IMG/VR virus record: IMGVR_UViG_3300045988_122072 | Coordinates: 96,001-160,000 of that record | Reading direction: 5' to 3' (one strand) | Origin: a virus | DNA length: 64,000 bases | Made by a program: the position numbers and the translations under genes | Shown here: in pieces, positions 15,569 through 24,053 of the stretch | How the letters are laid out: each line of letters begins with the position of its first letter | Position numbering within the stretch: the first letter of the stretch is position 1 | The notes under the pieces: generated by a model | What the model saw: only the letters and a program-made list of their open reading frames with translations | The model's database searches: none | What the model was told of the DNA's origin: nothing

Positions 15569-15889
15569 ATGATTAGCAAGGAAACATTTGTGAATACTAT
15601 GAACAAGCTGCGGGATCTTGATAGGAAAATGGACGCAGTAGATAAAGCGTTTAAGGCATTAGACTCAGACTTCTGTAGTTTTTATGTTACGGGTATTTTT
15701 GATACAACATTTGATCTTCTTAAAGAAGCAATGAATGACAAGGACAACTGGATTGAATATTTTGTCTATGAAAGAGATTGGCTTAGAGATTTTAAACTTG
15801 GTGACGTCGAAGTAAATGGTGAGCCAGTGAAGATTTATTCGTGGGGAGATGTCTATGATTTTATCGTAACGGAGGATAAGCATGTTTAA
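15569..15889 (+). CDS. hypothetical protein (106 aa)
   Basis: ORF after AAGGAGGG. Tightly packed with its neighbours. Confidence 0.6.
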   Translation: MISKETFVNTMNKLRDLDRKMDAVDKAFKALDSDFCSFYVTGIFDTTFDLLKEAMNDKDNWIEYFVYERDWLRDFKLGDVEVNGEPVKIYSWGDVYDFIVTEDKHV

Positions 15890-16373
15890 GAAATTGTGCT
15901 GGGAAATTTTATTCAGATATAAGAATGCACGACAAAAGAGATTAATTCGAGTATACAAGAAAAAGTATCCAGATTATATCGATGATGAATACAATTGTGG
16001 TAATTTGAAATTTATCTGGGGCATTAAATCTTATGATGACATGTCTTCATCTGACGCAAACATGTGGACAATGAATGATATTGATATTTATTACGATAGA
16101 GATACTAAACAATATAGTTTAGGGGTTGAAACCATATATATGTTTGACGATACACAAGCTGAATGCGCATATTATAATAGCTTACTAGAATCGTTCACTA
16201 AATATATGAAGGAAAATGGACTGGACACAGAACGAAATTATTGCACGTTTTGTTCTGGCCTAGATCTAAGTCTTAAGGCTGATTCTATTGAGGAGCTTTA
16301 TGCCAGATTTAAAATTGCCGTAACTGGATTGTGTGCGGTGTGCGAGGAGAGAGGTAATTATGAATATCATTAA
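15882..16373 (+). CDS. hypothetical protein (163 aa)
   Basis: Overlaps the upstream stop by 8 nt. Co-directional array. Confidence 0.55.
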   Translation: MFKKLCWEILFRYKNARQKRLIRVYKKKYPDYIDDEYNCGNLKFIWGIKSYDDMSSSDANMWTMNDIDIYYDRDTKQYSLGVETIYMFDDTQAECAYYNSLLESFTKYMKENGLDTERNYCTFCSGLDLSLKADSIEELYARFKIAVTGLCAVCEERGNYEYH

Positions 16374-16836
16374 CAATTACTCCACAACCATTGTGTCTAT
16401 TTTTCAAGATGTTATTAATAATTACGAAAGAAACCTTGAGATTATCAAACAAGCAGAAGAAGAACTTATGGATCTAGAACATGAAATTGAATTGTCCGCC
16501 CCAAAAGATATGTATAAAGGATACTTGGCATATAAAGAAGTTAGAGATGTACGTATTAAAAGGCGCAAAGCCAAAGAAGAAAATGAATTACTTAAAGATA
16601 TGTATGATTATCTCAAAAGTCAGCAAGGACAGTCATTCAAGAATAAGATCCAATCCATTCAGGGTGCGTCAGTAAAACTACGGGATGCACAAGAACATAG
16701 AACCTATATTCCAAGACAGAGAAGTGATTTGACGATTACTAATCATACAAGCGTTGCGCACAAGCCATTTGAGGAAATGTTAAGTGATTTTAATAAGATT
16801 AAGGTGAGCACTCAGAATGGTAAGTTAAGAAAATAA
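16360..16836 (+). CDS. hypothetical coiled-coil protein (158 aa)
   Basis: ATG 16360 follows GAGAGG. The ORF-track start at 16333 has no SD. Confidence 0.55.
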   Translation: MNIINNYSTTIVSIFQDVINNYERNLEIIKQAEEELMDLEHEIELSAPKDMYKGYLAYKEVRDVRIKRRKAKEENELLKDMYDYLKSQQGQSFKNKIQSIQGASVKLRDAQEHRTYIPRQRSDLTITNHTSVAHKPFEEMLSDFNKIKVSTQNGKLRK

Positions 16837-16849
16837 GTGGTGGAGAGGA

Positions 16850-17041
16850 ATGGGTATTTATTATTTTACAAGACCAGATCAGATGGCTGGGCATAAATTT
16901 ACTGATGATGTTGCAGTCGTATGGGCAATGAGTAAGAAATCTGCAATCAAGAAGTTCTCTGTGCTATATGCAGATGTGCAGGAGAATGAAGTCGATAAGG
17001 TTGGTTTCTGGACTCGTGCCAGAGTTTTAACAGATTATTAA
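16850..17041 (+). CDS. hypothetical protein (63 aa)
   Basis: ORF after GGAGAGG. Confidence 0.5.
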   Translation: MGIYYFTRPDQMAGHKFTDDVAVVWAMSKKSAIKKFSVLYADVQENEVDKVGFWTRARVLTDY

Positions 17042-17053
17042 CGGAGTGATTTA

Positions 17054-18958
17054 ATGAATAAGATTGATAGAGTTCGAGAATTAACAGAATTGCTTAATAA
17101 GGCAGCGGACGCATATTACAATACCGGCGATACAATTATGGAGGATCATGAGTTTGATACACTCCTAGAAGAGCTTTGTTCTTTAGAGCAAGAAACTGGA
17201 TTTGTTATGGCAACTTCGCCTACGCATAAAGTTGGATACGAAGTAAAATCAGAACTACAGAAGGTAACACATAATCATCCTATGTTGTCTTTGGCAAAGA
17301 CTAAAGATTGGAATGAGTTCATTATGCATTTTGGGAGCAAAGATGTCATAGGAATGTTAAAGATGGATGGATTAACTTGCAGCTTAAGATATATTGACGG
17401 TGAGCTAGTATCAGCAGAAACTCGTGGCAACGGAGAAATTGGTGAAGACATTTTTCACAACATCAAAACCGTAAAGACAGTTCCACAGAAGATTCCATAT
17501 AAGGATGAACTCATTGTTGATGGTGAGATTATTTGTACATATGAAGACTTTGAGCCATTCTCTACTGAATATAAAAATCCAAGAAACTTTGCTTCAGGAA
17601 GTATTAGACTGCTTGATTCAAACGAGTGTGCAAAAAGACCTCTAACTTTTGTGGCTTGGAATGTAATCAAGGGCTTTGATAATGAAAATAGCTTCTTGCG
17701 TAAGCTAGTACTTATTGACGAGTTAGGTTTTACTGTTGTTCCGTGGACTAGTTCTTTTGATTGGGATGCGAAGGAATTTTTGGTCAATAAGGCTAAGAAG
17801 CTTGGATACCCAATTGATGGTTTGGTTGGACGCTTTGGTGATATTAAGTATGGGGAGAGCCTTGGAGCAACATCACATCATAGTAATGCAGCTTACGCAT
17901 TTAAGTTCGGTGATGAAACTTATGAAACGGTACTAAGAGATGTTGAGTGGAATACGACAAGAACCGGAATTATTGCTCCAGTAGCTGTTTTCGATGAGGT
18001 TGACCTAGACGGAGCCTTGACTACAAGAGCTACACTTCACAACCTTTCCATTATTGAGCAACTTGAGCTTGGTATTGGAGATACTATTACGGTGTACCGT
18101 AGCAATATGGTAATTCCAAAAATTGATGACAACCTAACCCGTAGCAATACATTAAAGATCCCTACTACCTGCCCATGTTGTGCCTATCCTACAGAGGTCA
18201 AGTATACAGACAATAGTAAGGTGCTAATGTGTACTAATCCAGATTGTCCAGCAAGAAACCTTGCTAAATTTGAGCACTTTGTTTCTAAAAAAGCAATGGA
18301 TATACAAGGACTTAGCTCCGCAACTCTAGAGACGTTAATTTCGCATGGTTTTATACACAAGTACAAAGATATCTACCATCTAAGCGACCACAGGAGTGAA
18401 CTTATTAGGCTTGATGGATACGGCGCAAAGTCTATTGATAATCTATTGGAATCCATTGAAAAATCAAGGAACGTGAAGCTAGAAAACTTTATTACAGCAT
18501 TATCAATTCCTAATATTGGGTTGTCTGCGGCAAAGGCTATCAGTAAGAAATTTAATGGTGATCATTATGAATTTATACAGGCGTTGTCCAGCGATTATGA
18601 CTTTAGTCAGATTGATGATTTCGGAGAGATTACGAATAAATCATTGCACGATTGGTGGAAGAGTAAAGATCCAATGGCAGAGCTATTGCCTATGGAAATG
18701 AATTTTATTGTTGAGGAGAAGAGTGCCGATAATTCGTTAAGCGGGCTTAAATTCTGTATAACTGGAACTTTTAGTCAATCACGAGACGAGCTTAAAGCAA
18801 TACTTGAATCTAAAGGAGCAAAGTTTATTAGTTCTGTAAGTAAAAATCTCGATGTGCTTTTTGTTGGAGATAAAGCTGGTAGCAAACTTGCTAAAGCACA
18901 ACAACTTGGAATTAAAATTGCAGACGAAAACGAACTAATGAAGATATTGGGCGATTAA
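17054..18958 (+). CDS. ligA: NAD+-dependent DNA ligase
   Basis: Adenylation motif KMDGL. Zn-finger CPCC...C...C. HhH region. C-terminal BRCT-like FCITGTF...LFVGDKAGSKLAKAQQLGIKI. Confidence 0.9.
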   Translation: MNKIDRVRELTELLNKAADAYYNTGDTIMEDHEFDTLLEELCSLEQETGFVMATSPTHKVGYEVKSELQKVTHNHPMLSLAKTKDWNEFIMHFGSKDVIGMLKMDGLTCSLRYIDGELVSAETRGNGEIGEDIFHNIKTVKTVPQKIPYKDELIVDGEIICTYEDFEPFSTEYKNPRNFASGSIRLLDSNECAKRPLTFVAWNVIKGFDNENSFLRKLVLIDELGFTVVPWTSSFDWDAKEFLVNKAKKLGYPIDGLVGRFGDIKYGESLGATSHHSNAAYAFKFGDETYETVLRDVEWNTTRTGIIAPVAVFDEVDLDGALTTRATLHNLSIIEQLELGIGDTITVYRSNMVIPKIDDNLTRSNTLKIPTTCPCCAYPTEVKYTDNSKVLMCTNPDCPARNLAKFEHFVSKKAMDIQGLSSATLETLISHGFIHKYKDIYHLSDHRSELIRLDGYGAKSIDNLLESIEKSRNVKLENFITALSIPNIGLSAAKAISKKFNGDHYEFIQALSSDYDFSQIDDFGEITNKSLHDWWKSKDPMAELLPMEMNFIVEEKSADNSLSGLKFCITGTFSQSRDELKAILESKGAKFISSVSKNLDVLFVGDKAGSKLAKAQQLGIKIADENELMKILGD

Positions 18959-18996
18959 ATTTTGGGTAGCAGTATAAAAAATTGTATTGTCACCTC

Positions 18997-19057
18997 TTGA
19001 CAAATAAGAAAAAATGTGCTATACTAATAACACTTAAAAAATACAATACAAAATTAA
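18997..19057 (+). promoter_or_regulatory. Sigma-A type promoter plus leader box, upstream of tnpB
   Basis: TTGACAAAT (18997-), 17-nt spacer, TGcTATACT (19017-19025), ACAATACAAAATTAA (19043-19057). A partial inverted copy AAAAATTGTATTGT lies at 18977-18990. Confidence 0.6.
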
Positions 19058-19126
19058 AGAATAAAATATCATACGAATCATACGAAACGGTAAGAAGCAA
19101 AATTTTCAGAAAGGAGGTAATAGTTG

Positions 19127-20236
19127 ATGAAAATTTTAAGAGCATATAAATACCGGATATATCCAAATCAAGAGCAAGAAATTTTAATTCAAAAAACATT
19201 TGGATGTGTAAGGTTTGTATATAATCAGGCACTTTCATATCGTCAAGAATTATATAAAACCAAAAGAAAAAATATCAGTAAATTTGCTTGTGAACAGTAT
19301 ATGATTCAAGTTCTAAAACAACAATATGAATGGTTGAGAGAAGTTGATAAATTTGCATTATCAAGTGCAATTTGGAATATGGATTATGCATATCAAAAAT
19401 TTTTCAAAGAACATGCAGGCTTCCCGAAGTTTAAAAGCAAACATAATCACAGAAAATCATATACAACAAAAATAACAAATAACAATATTGCAGTTTCTTT
19501 TGAGAACAATAAAATTAAGCTTCCAAAGTTAAGTTGGGTTAAAGCAAGGATTCATCGTAAATTTGTTGGCAAAATTAAACAAGCAACAGTTTCACAAAAT
19601 CCATCAGGAAAATATTTTGTTTCTGTGTTAGTAGAAGAAGAACATCGTCCATTATTAACAACCGGTTCTACTATTGGACTTGATCTTGGAATTAAAGATT
19701 TGGTTATTACCTCCAATGGTAAAAAATATGCAAATCCAAAAATCTTAGAGAAGTATAAAAAGAAACTTTCTAAAGAACAACGAAGAATGACTCATAAACA
19801 AAAAAGTTCAAGTAATTATAACAAACAACGCATTAAAGTTGCTCGTATTTACGAAAAAATCCATAATATCAGATTAGATTATCTACACAAAATATCTAAT
19901 GAAATTATTAGCGAAAACCAAGTAATAATTTCTGAAGATTTATCCATATCTAATATGATGAAGAACCATAAACTAGCAAAATCAATTAGTGATTGTGGCT
20001 GGTACGAGCTAACGAGGCAATTAGAATATAAGGCAAAATGGAATGAAAGACAATATATCAAGATTGGAAGATTCATTCCATCGAGTCAAATTTGCAATTG
20101 TTGTGGATACAGGTATCCAGAAACAAAAGATTTATCGGTTAGAGCATGGACATGTCCTAGTTGTGGAACAAAACACGACCGAGATATTAATGCGGCTAAA
20201 AATATTTTAGACGAAGGATTAAAATTTGTGGTGTGA
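19127..20236 (+). CDS. tnpB: TnpB (IS605 OrfB family RNA-guided endonuclease)
   Basis: N-terminal [17 protein letters not shown]. RuvC-like GLDLGIKD. Zinc finger CNCCG...CPSCG. C-terminal [10 protein letters not shown]. Confidence 0.9.
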   Translation: MKILRAYKYRIYPNQEQEILIQKTFGCVRFVYNQALSYRQELYKTKRKNISKFACEQYMIQVLKQQYEWLREVDKFALSSAIWNMDYAYQKFFKEHAGFPKFKSKHNHRKSYTTKITNNNIAVSFENNKIKLPKLSWVKARIHRKFVGKIKQATVSQNPSGKYFVSVLVEEEHRPLLTTGSTIGLDLGIKDLVITSNGKKYANPKILEKYKKKLSKEQRRMTHKQKSSSNYNKQRIKVARIYEKIHNIRLDYLHKISNEIISENQVIISEDLSISNMMKNHKLAKSISDCGWYELTRQLEYKAKWNERQYIKIGRFIPSSQICNCCGYRYPETKDLSVRAWTCPSCGTKHDRDINAAKNILDEGLKFVV

Positions 20237-20347
20237 AAAGACATAAAATATAGGGTAGGAACTGCCCGAATTAACGCCTGTGGAGATAGTAGGCTACGAG
20301 GTCTGAGAAACAGGAAGCTAATTAATTTTAAACAATTGGTAGTTCAC
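20237..20347 (+). ncRNA. Putative omega-RNA (reRNA) scaffold of TnpB / right end of the IS
   Basis: The 111 nt after the tnpB stop are non-coding and visibly GC-richer (GGGTAGGAACTGCCCGAATTAACGCCTGTGGAG...). The position matches known TnpB guide-RNA loci. The 5' end probably lies inside tnpB. The guide would start at 20348. Confidence 0.5.
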
Positions 20348-20386
20348 AAATATTATAATTATGCTATAATAACAGTACAAAATTAA
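20343..20386 (+). promoter_or_regulatory. Promoter plus leader-box variant, with its -35 partly supplied by the IS right end
   Basis: TTCACAAAT (20343-), 16-nt spacer, TGcTATAAT (20362-20370), ACAGTACAAAATTAA (20372-20386), then AAGGAGG. Confidence 0.6.
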
Positions 20387-20401
20387 TGAAGGAGGAACAA
20401 T

Positions 20402-20731
20402 ATGGACGAACAGAATGTAACGCAAATTGAAGAACAGGAGCAAGAGAATCCTACAACAGAATCAGAAGAGGCTGTGGCAGATGAACTAAAGGACAAGATT
20501 TCTGAAACACTAGAAAAAATCCGCACACAAAACATGCTACTTGGTGCTCGTGCTATGACGGTAACAATTGCAGGTATTATTGATAATGCAATGAATGCAC
20601 CCGGCAAGCGTACCATGGCAGACATGAAGAGACTTGTAAAGAAGGTTCGTGATTTTTGTCAGAAGGCGATTGACCATCCGGTAGAAGAGCCAAAATTTGA
20701 TACGAATAACGAGGAGGAGACAGATGCCTAA
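20402..20731 (+). CDS. hypothetical acidic protein (109 aa)
   Basis: ORF after AAGGAGG. Confidence 0.6.
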   Translation: MDEQNVTQIEEQEQENPTTESEEAVADELKDKISETLEKIRTQNMLLGARAMTVTIAGIIDNAMNAPGKRTMADMKRLVKKVRDFCQKAIDHPVEEPKFDTNNEEETDA

Positions 20732-21062
20732 GCTTGTTGGATGGTCTGATATTTTGAGCAGTCATGGCACTGAGCGTCTTACAAATGCTCATAAGCAGGA
20801 AATTGTGAAGACTATCAGACGTAGACATTATAATTTTACTTATTTTGATCATCAAAATATGAGCTATTGTTGCCCATTCTTTGATGATGGGTATATGATT
20901 TCACTTAATAAAAAGCAATTTGATGAAATTATGGCAGAAGCCTATGAGGAAATTCCAGTTGGACAGAGATTGCTCCCTATGGACGCAATTAAATCTAAGC
21001 CTGTTAATGAAGTACTATTTGAAAAAGAAGAATATGTAAAGGATGTGAAATGGCATGGATGA
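20724..21062 (+). CDS. hypothetical protein (112 aa)
   Basis: ATG 20724 follows GAGGAGGAG. The ORF-track start at 20697 is less likely. Confidence 0.55.
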   Translation: MPKLVGWSDILSSHGTERLTNAHKQEIVKTIRRRHYNFTYFDHQNMSYCCPFFDDGYMISLNKKQFDEIMAEAYEEIPVGQRLLPMDAIKSKPVNEVLFEKEEYVKDVKWHG

Positions 21063-21615
21063 TAGAAAAACTATTTTCTTAATTCTAGGGGAAAGTGGTT
21101 GTGGTAAAGACTATTTGGTGGACAGACTTTGCAAAACTGGTCTAAAAAAACTTATTAGTCATACAACCCGTGAAAAGCGTAAAGACGAACCTGACACTAG
21201 CCACATTTTTTCAACATACGAAGATTATCAGAACGCCAAAACATCGAATGATATTATTGCAGAGACTTGTATCAATGATGTGTTATATTGGAGTACAAAG
21301 AGTCAGTTGGCAGATGCGGATTTGTATATTATCGACAATGTTGGAACTGACATGTTGCTAAAGATGGGGTTGCCGTATAGATTTGTACGTATTTATATTA
21401 ATGTACCAAAGGCTATTCGCAGAGAAAGAGCTGTTAAACGCGGAGATAACATGGATACATATGCCAAACGTGCCGCTGACGAATTTGAGCAGTTCGCAAA
21501 TATGAAGATTCACAATAGATATGATTATGCAGTTTCTAATATTGACAGTGCAAAAGCTGGTAGCATTATTAGATGGATTATTAATACCGAAAGAATTGGC
21601 ACAGTACAAAATTAA
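21055..21615 (+). CDS. Guanylate-kinase-like nucleotide kinase
   Basis: P-loop LILGESGCGKDYL followed by ISHTTREKRKDE, which resembles the guanylate kinase TTRxxRxxE motif. Confidence 0.6.
   Translation: MDDRKTIFLILGESGCGKDYLVDRLCKTGLKKLISHTTREKRKDEPDTSHIFSTYEDYQNAKTSNDIIAETCINDVLYWSTKSQLADADLYIIDNVGTDMLLKMGLPYRFVRIYINVPKAIRRERAVKRGDNMDTYAKRAADEFEQFANMKIHNRYDYAVSNIDSAKAGSIIRWIINTERIGTVQN
21601..21615 (+). promoter_or_regulatory. Leader box copy without an obvious upstream promoter
   Basis: ACAGTACAAAATTAA overlaps the last codons and the stop of the kinase gene. AAGGAG and the next ATG follow within 13 nt. Confidence 0.5.
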
Positions 21616-21627
21616 AAGGAGTTTATT

Positions 21628-22203
21628 ATGAAGTATATTGTAGCTTTAGATTGTGATTGCGTCCTGAATAACCTTATTGAAAGAACTTGCCAGATGTTTA
21701 ATGAAAGATATGGTGCAGATATTTCAGAAGAAACTTTCACTCAATATGATGTTTATAAGTGCCTATCATTTGAAGATGCAGAAAAGTTTAAGGCTCTGTG
21801 GCACGAACGTGAACTATGGGATTCTCTATCTCCAACATATCATTCTCAGTGGGGAGCTAAAAAGCTTGTAGATGATGGGTTTAGTGTTTACATTGCAACC
21901 AGTACGCACTACGAAAACTTCCCATGGAAAGTTGAGTGGCTGAAACATTATTTCAAGTTCATTGATGAACGCCATATTATCTGTATTGGTGACAAGAGTA
22001 TTCTAAACGTGGACGTTATGGTAGATGACCATACAGATAATCTTATCAATAATTTACATTGTAATAGAGTCCTTGTAGAAAAACCTTGGAATATGAACGT
22101 GCACGATGAAGCTTATAGCATTAAACGTTGCACGAATTGGGATGAAATTGTTGAGGCAGTGGAAGAATTTTATAAGCAGGATAAGGAGCTGATGAAGGAT
22201 TGA
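21628..22203 (+). CDS. 5'(3')-deoxyribonucleotidase-like HAD phosphatase
   Basis: N-terminal IVALDCDCVLNN (DxD nucleophile motif). Size and layout fit the NT5C family. Confidence 0.5.
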   Translation: MKYIVALDCDCVLNNLIERTCQMFNERYGADISEETFTQYDVYKCLSFEDAEKFKALWHERELWDSLSPTYHSQWGAKKLVDDGFSVYIATSTHYENFPWKVEWLKHYFKFIDERHIICIGDKSILNVDVMVDDHTDNLINNLHCNRVLVEKPWNMNVHDEAYSIKRCTNWDEIVEAVEEFYKQDKELMKD

Positions 22204-22805
22204 ATACAAGAATTAATTATATTTCAGATTCTTGGACAAGAATAAAAAATCATTGTAGAACAACTGTCAATAAGAAATTCACAGAAAAAGAGCCAACTGA
22301 TAAGTTTAAGGAAGAACTTTTAATTAGCGAACATTCTCCTATTAGATGTCTTGAGGTTGATTGGACATGGGAGAATATTCCTTATTGGGTAAGTACGGAA
22401 CTAAGCCGCCATAAGCATGAAAAGTTTATTAGTTCACAGCGTGATGACAGAAATAATAATGAAATTCCTCGCGGAAAGAAACCACAAGATTCTCCCGTCA
22501 CTCATGACGCATATGCAAATGCCCAGAATCTAATTGACATGATGCGTAAAAGACTTTGTTTTATGGCAACCAAAGAAGCTAGAGAAGCGGCAGAAAATTT
22601 GAAATATGAACTACATAATTACGAACCACAACTAGCAAATGTGCTTATGCCGAATTGCTTATATAGAGCAGGATGTCCAGAGTTTGAAACTTGCGGATTT
22701 TGGAAGAAGTTCAAGGAAAAACATCCAGATGTAGATATGACCGATATTAAAGAAAGATATCGAGCATATAATGAAGATTTTTATAAGAAATTTAATGAGG
22801 AGTGA
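22200..22805 (+). CDS. thyX: ThyX-like flavin-dependent thymidylate synthase
   Basis: EHSPIRCLEVDW...ELSRHKHEKFISSQRDDR resembles the ThyX HxSxxEH ... RHRxxSxxxxSxR signature. TTG start overlaps the upstream stop. Confidence 0.55.
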   Translation: MNTRINYISDSWTRIKNHCRTTVNKKFTEKEPTDKFKEELLISEHSPIRCLEVDWTWENIPYWVSTELSRHKHEKFISSQRDDRNNNEIPRGKKPQDSPVTHDAYANAQNLIDMMRKRLCFMATKEAREAAENLKYELHNYEPQLANVLMPNCLYRAGCPEFETCGFWKKFKEKHPDVDMTDIKERYRAYNEDFYKKFNEE

Positions 22806-23608
22806 TGTCTGTGACTGTAGAACAATGGCTTGGTAAAGATAATAAAATTGGTATTGATATTTGGCACAAGAAATATCAGTACAACAATGAAAATTTTGAC
22901 GAATGGTTAGATAGAGTAAGCGCTGGAGATAAAGAGCTAAAACAACTTATCATTGAAAAGAAATTTTTAATGGGTGGTAGAACACTTGCTAATCGTGGTA
23001 CAAATAGTACTGGTAGCCTGTTTAATTGTTACTCCAGAGGCTATGTTGAAGATGACTATTCTGATATTATGGATGCTGCAAAAGACATTGGCGTAACATT
23101 TAAGGCTCAGGGAGGACAGGGCATTTCTCTTACTAAGCTTCGTCCAAAGGGCACACCAATCAAGAAAGAATATTTTTCTGATGGTATTGTACCATTTATG
23201 AAGATTTTTAATGAAGTTACCGCAGGGACTTCTCAGGGTGGGGCTCGAAAGGGAGCGCTTATGCTTTCTGTCGATGCTAGGCACAAGGAAGCAGAAACAT
23301 TCATTAAGATTAAGTCAAAGGACGGAGAGATTGAAAAGGCGAATCTATCTCTTGAAATCGATGATGAATTTATGAGAGCCATTGAGAAGTATTATGATAC
23401 TGGAGAAGTTGTCGTGCTGCATGAAAAGCGTAATTATGCTGGTCATGAAGTAGAATATGATGTAACGCCAATTAACATTTTCAATATGCTTGTAGATAAT
23501 TGTTATGATTGGGCAGATCCTGCATGTTTGTTTGTTAATAGGTTTAGAAATTATAATCTAATGCAGTATGATGATGAATATGAAATTGAAACTTGCAATC
23601 CTTGTGGT
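22805..23608 (+). CDS. nrdJ: Class II (B12-dependent) ribonucleotide reductase, exon 1
   Basis: ATG 22805 follows GAGGAG. Exon 1 ends ...EIETCNPCG. The ORF-track tail WLTCRK* is intron read-through. Confidence 0.8.
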
Positions 23609-24053
23609 TGGTTAACTTGCCGCAAGTAAAACATCCCGTAAAATCGGTGAAGCCTACACCGAAAGGCATGGTAATACCGAGTTCCCACTGCATCACAGGG
23701 GAATGTAACGCATAGGCGATGAGCGGATATGAGAGCAATAATTCGCCCACGAGTACGGGACATTGGCACATAACGGAGTGATAATATTGATTATATATAA
23801 AGTAATAAACATTATTAATGGCAAGGTGTACAAATGAATATTATCAATGAAAAATATGATCTTAAAGACATTAGAAGCCTATATCCTTGCTTTAATGTTA
23901 AAAATTCAAAAGATCTTGCAAACTGTTTAAAAGATTATGTGCTAAATGAAAATATATGCTGAACTGGTCTGAACTGACAGACGTATCGGGTTATACCCGT
24001 ATGAGAGAAATCTCCAGAAGCTATGGATAAAAAGCCATAGCGATAACACACAG
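23609..24053 (+). ncRNA. Group I intron in nrdJ (445 nt, no intact endonuclease ORF)
   Basis: Exon ends in U23608 and the intron ends in G24053. P1 pairs exon CUUGUGGU (23601-23608) with intron GCCGCAAG (23619-23626), with a U.G wobble at the splice site. 3' hairpin GCTATGG-ATAAAAAG-CCATAGC. Splicing restores NPCG|EQPL in frame. Confidence 0.75.

Larger units (their letters stand above)
19003..20347 (+). mobile_element. IS200/IS605-family TnpB-only element (IS1341-like); left boundary uncertain (19002/19003 or about 19058)
   Basis: There is a tnpB ORF but no tnpA. A structured GC-richer 3' flank ends in GGTAGTTCAC (20338-20347). The flanks fit insertion into a phage promoter (see findings). 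Confidence 0.55.

Noticed and set aside
21542-21566. TTGACA at 21542, inside the kinase gene, as the promoter for the leader box at 21601.
   Set aside because: No acceptable -10 lies at 16-18 nt spacing. The nearest candidate, TAGCAT, is only 13 nt away. The box is therefore recorded without a promoter.
23609-23629. C-terminal WLTCRK* extension of the 275-aa ORF, and the listed start of the 479-aa ORF at 24087.
   Set aside because: Both are artefacts of reading an intron-split nrdJ as two ORFs. The conserved NPCG|EQPL motif is restored only by joining 23608 to 24054.
23834-23962. 42-codon ORF inside the nrdJ intron as a possible homing endonuclease.
   Set aside because: It is too short and has no LAGLIDADG, GIY-YIG, HNH or His-Cys box motif. 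At most it is a remnant.
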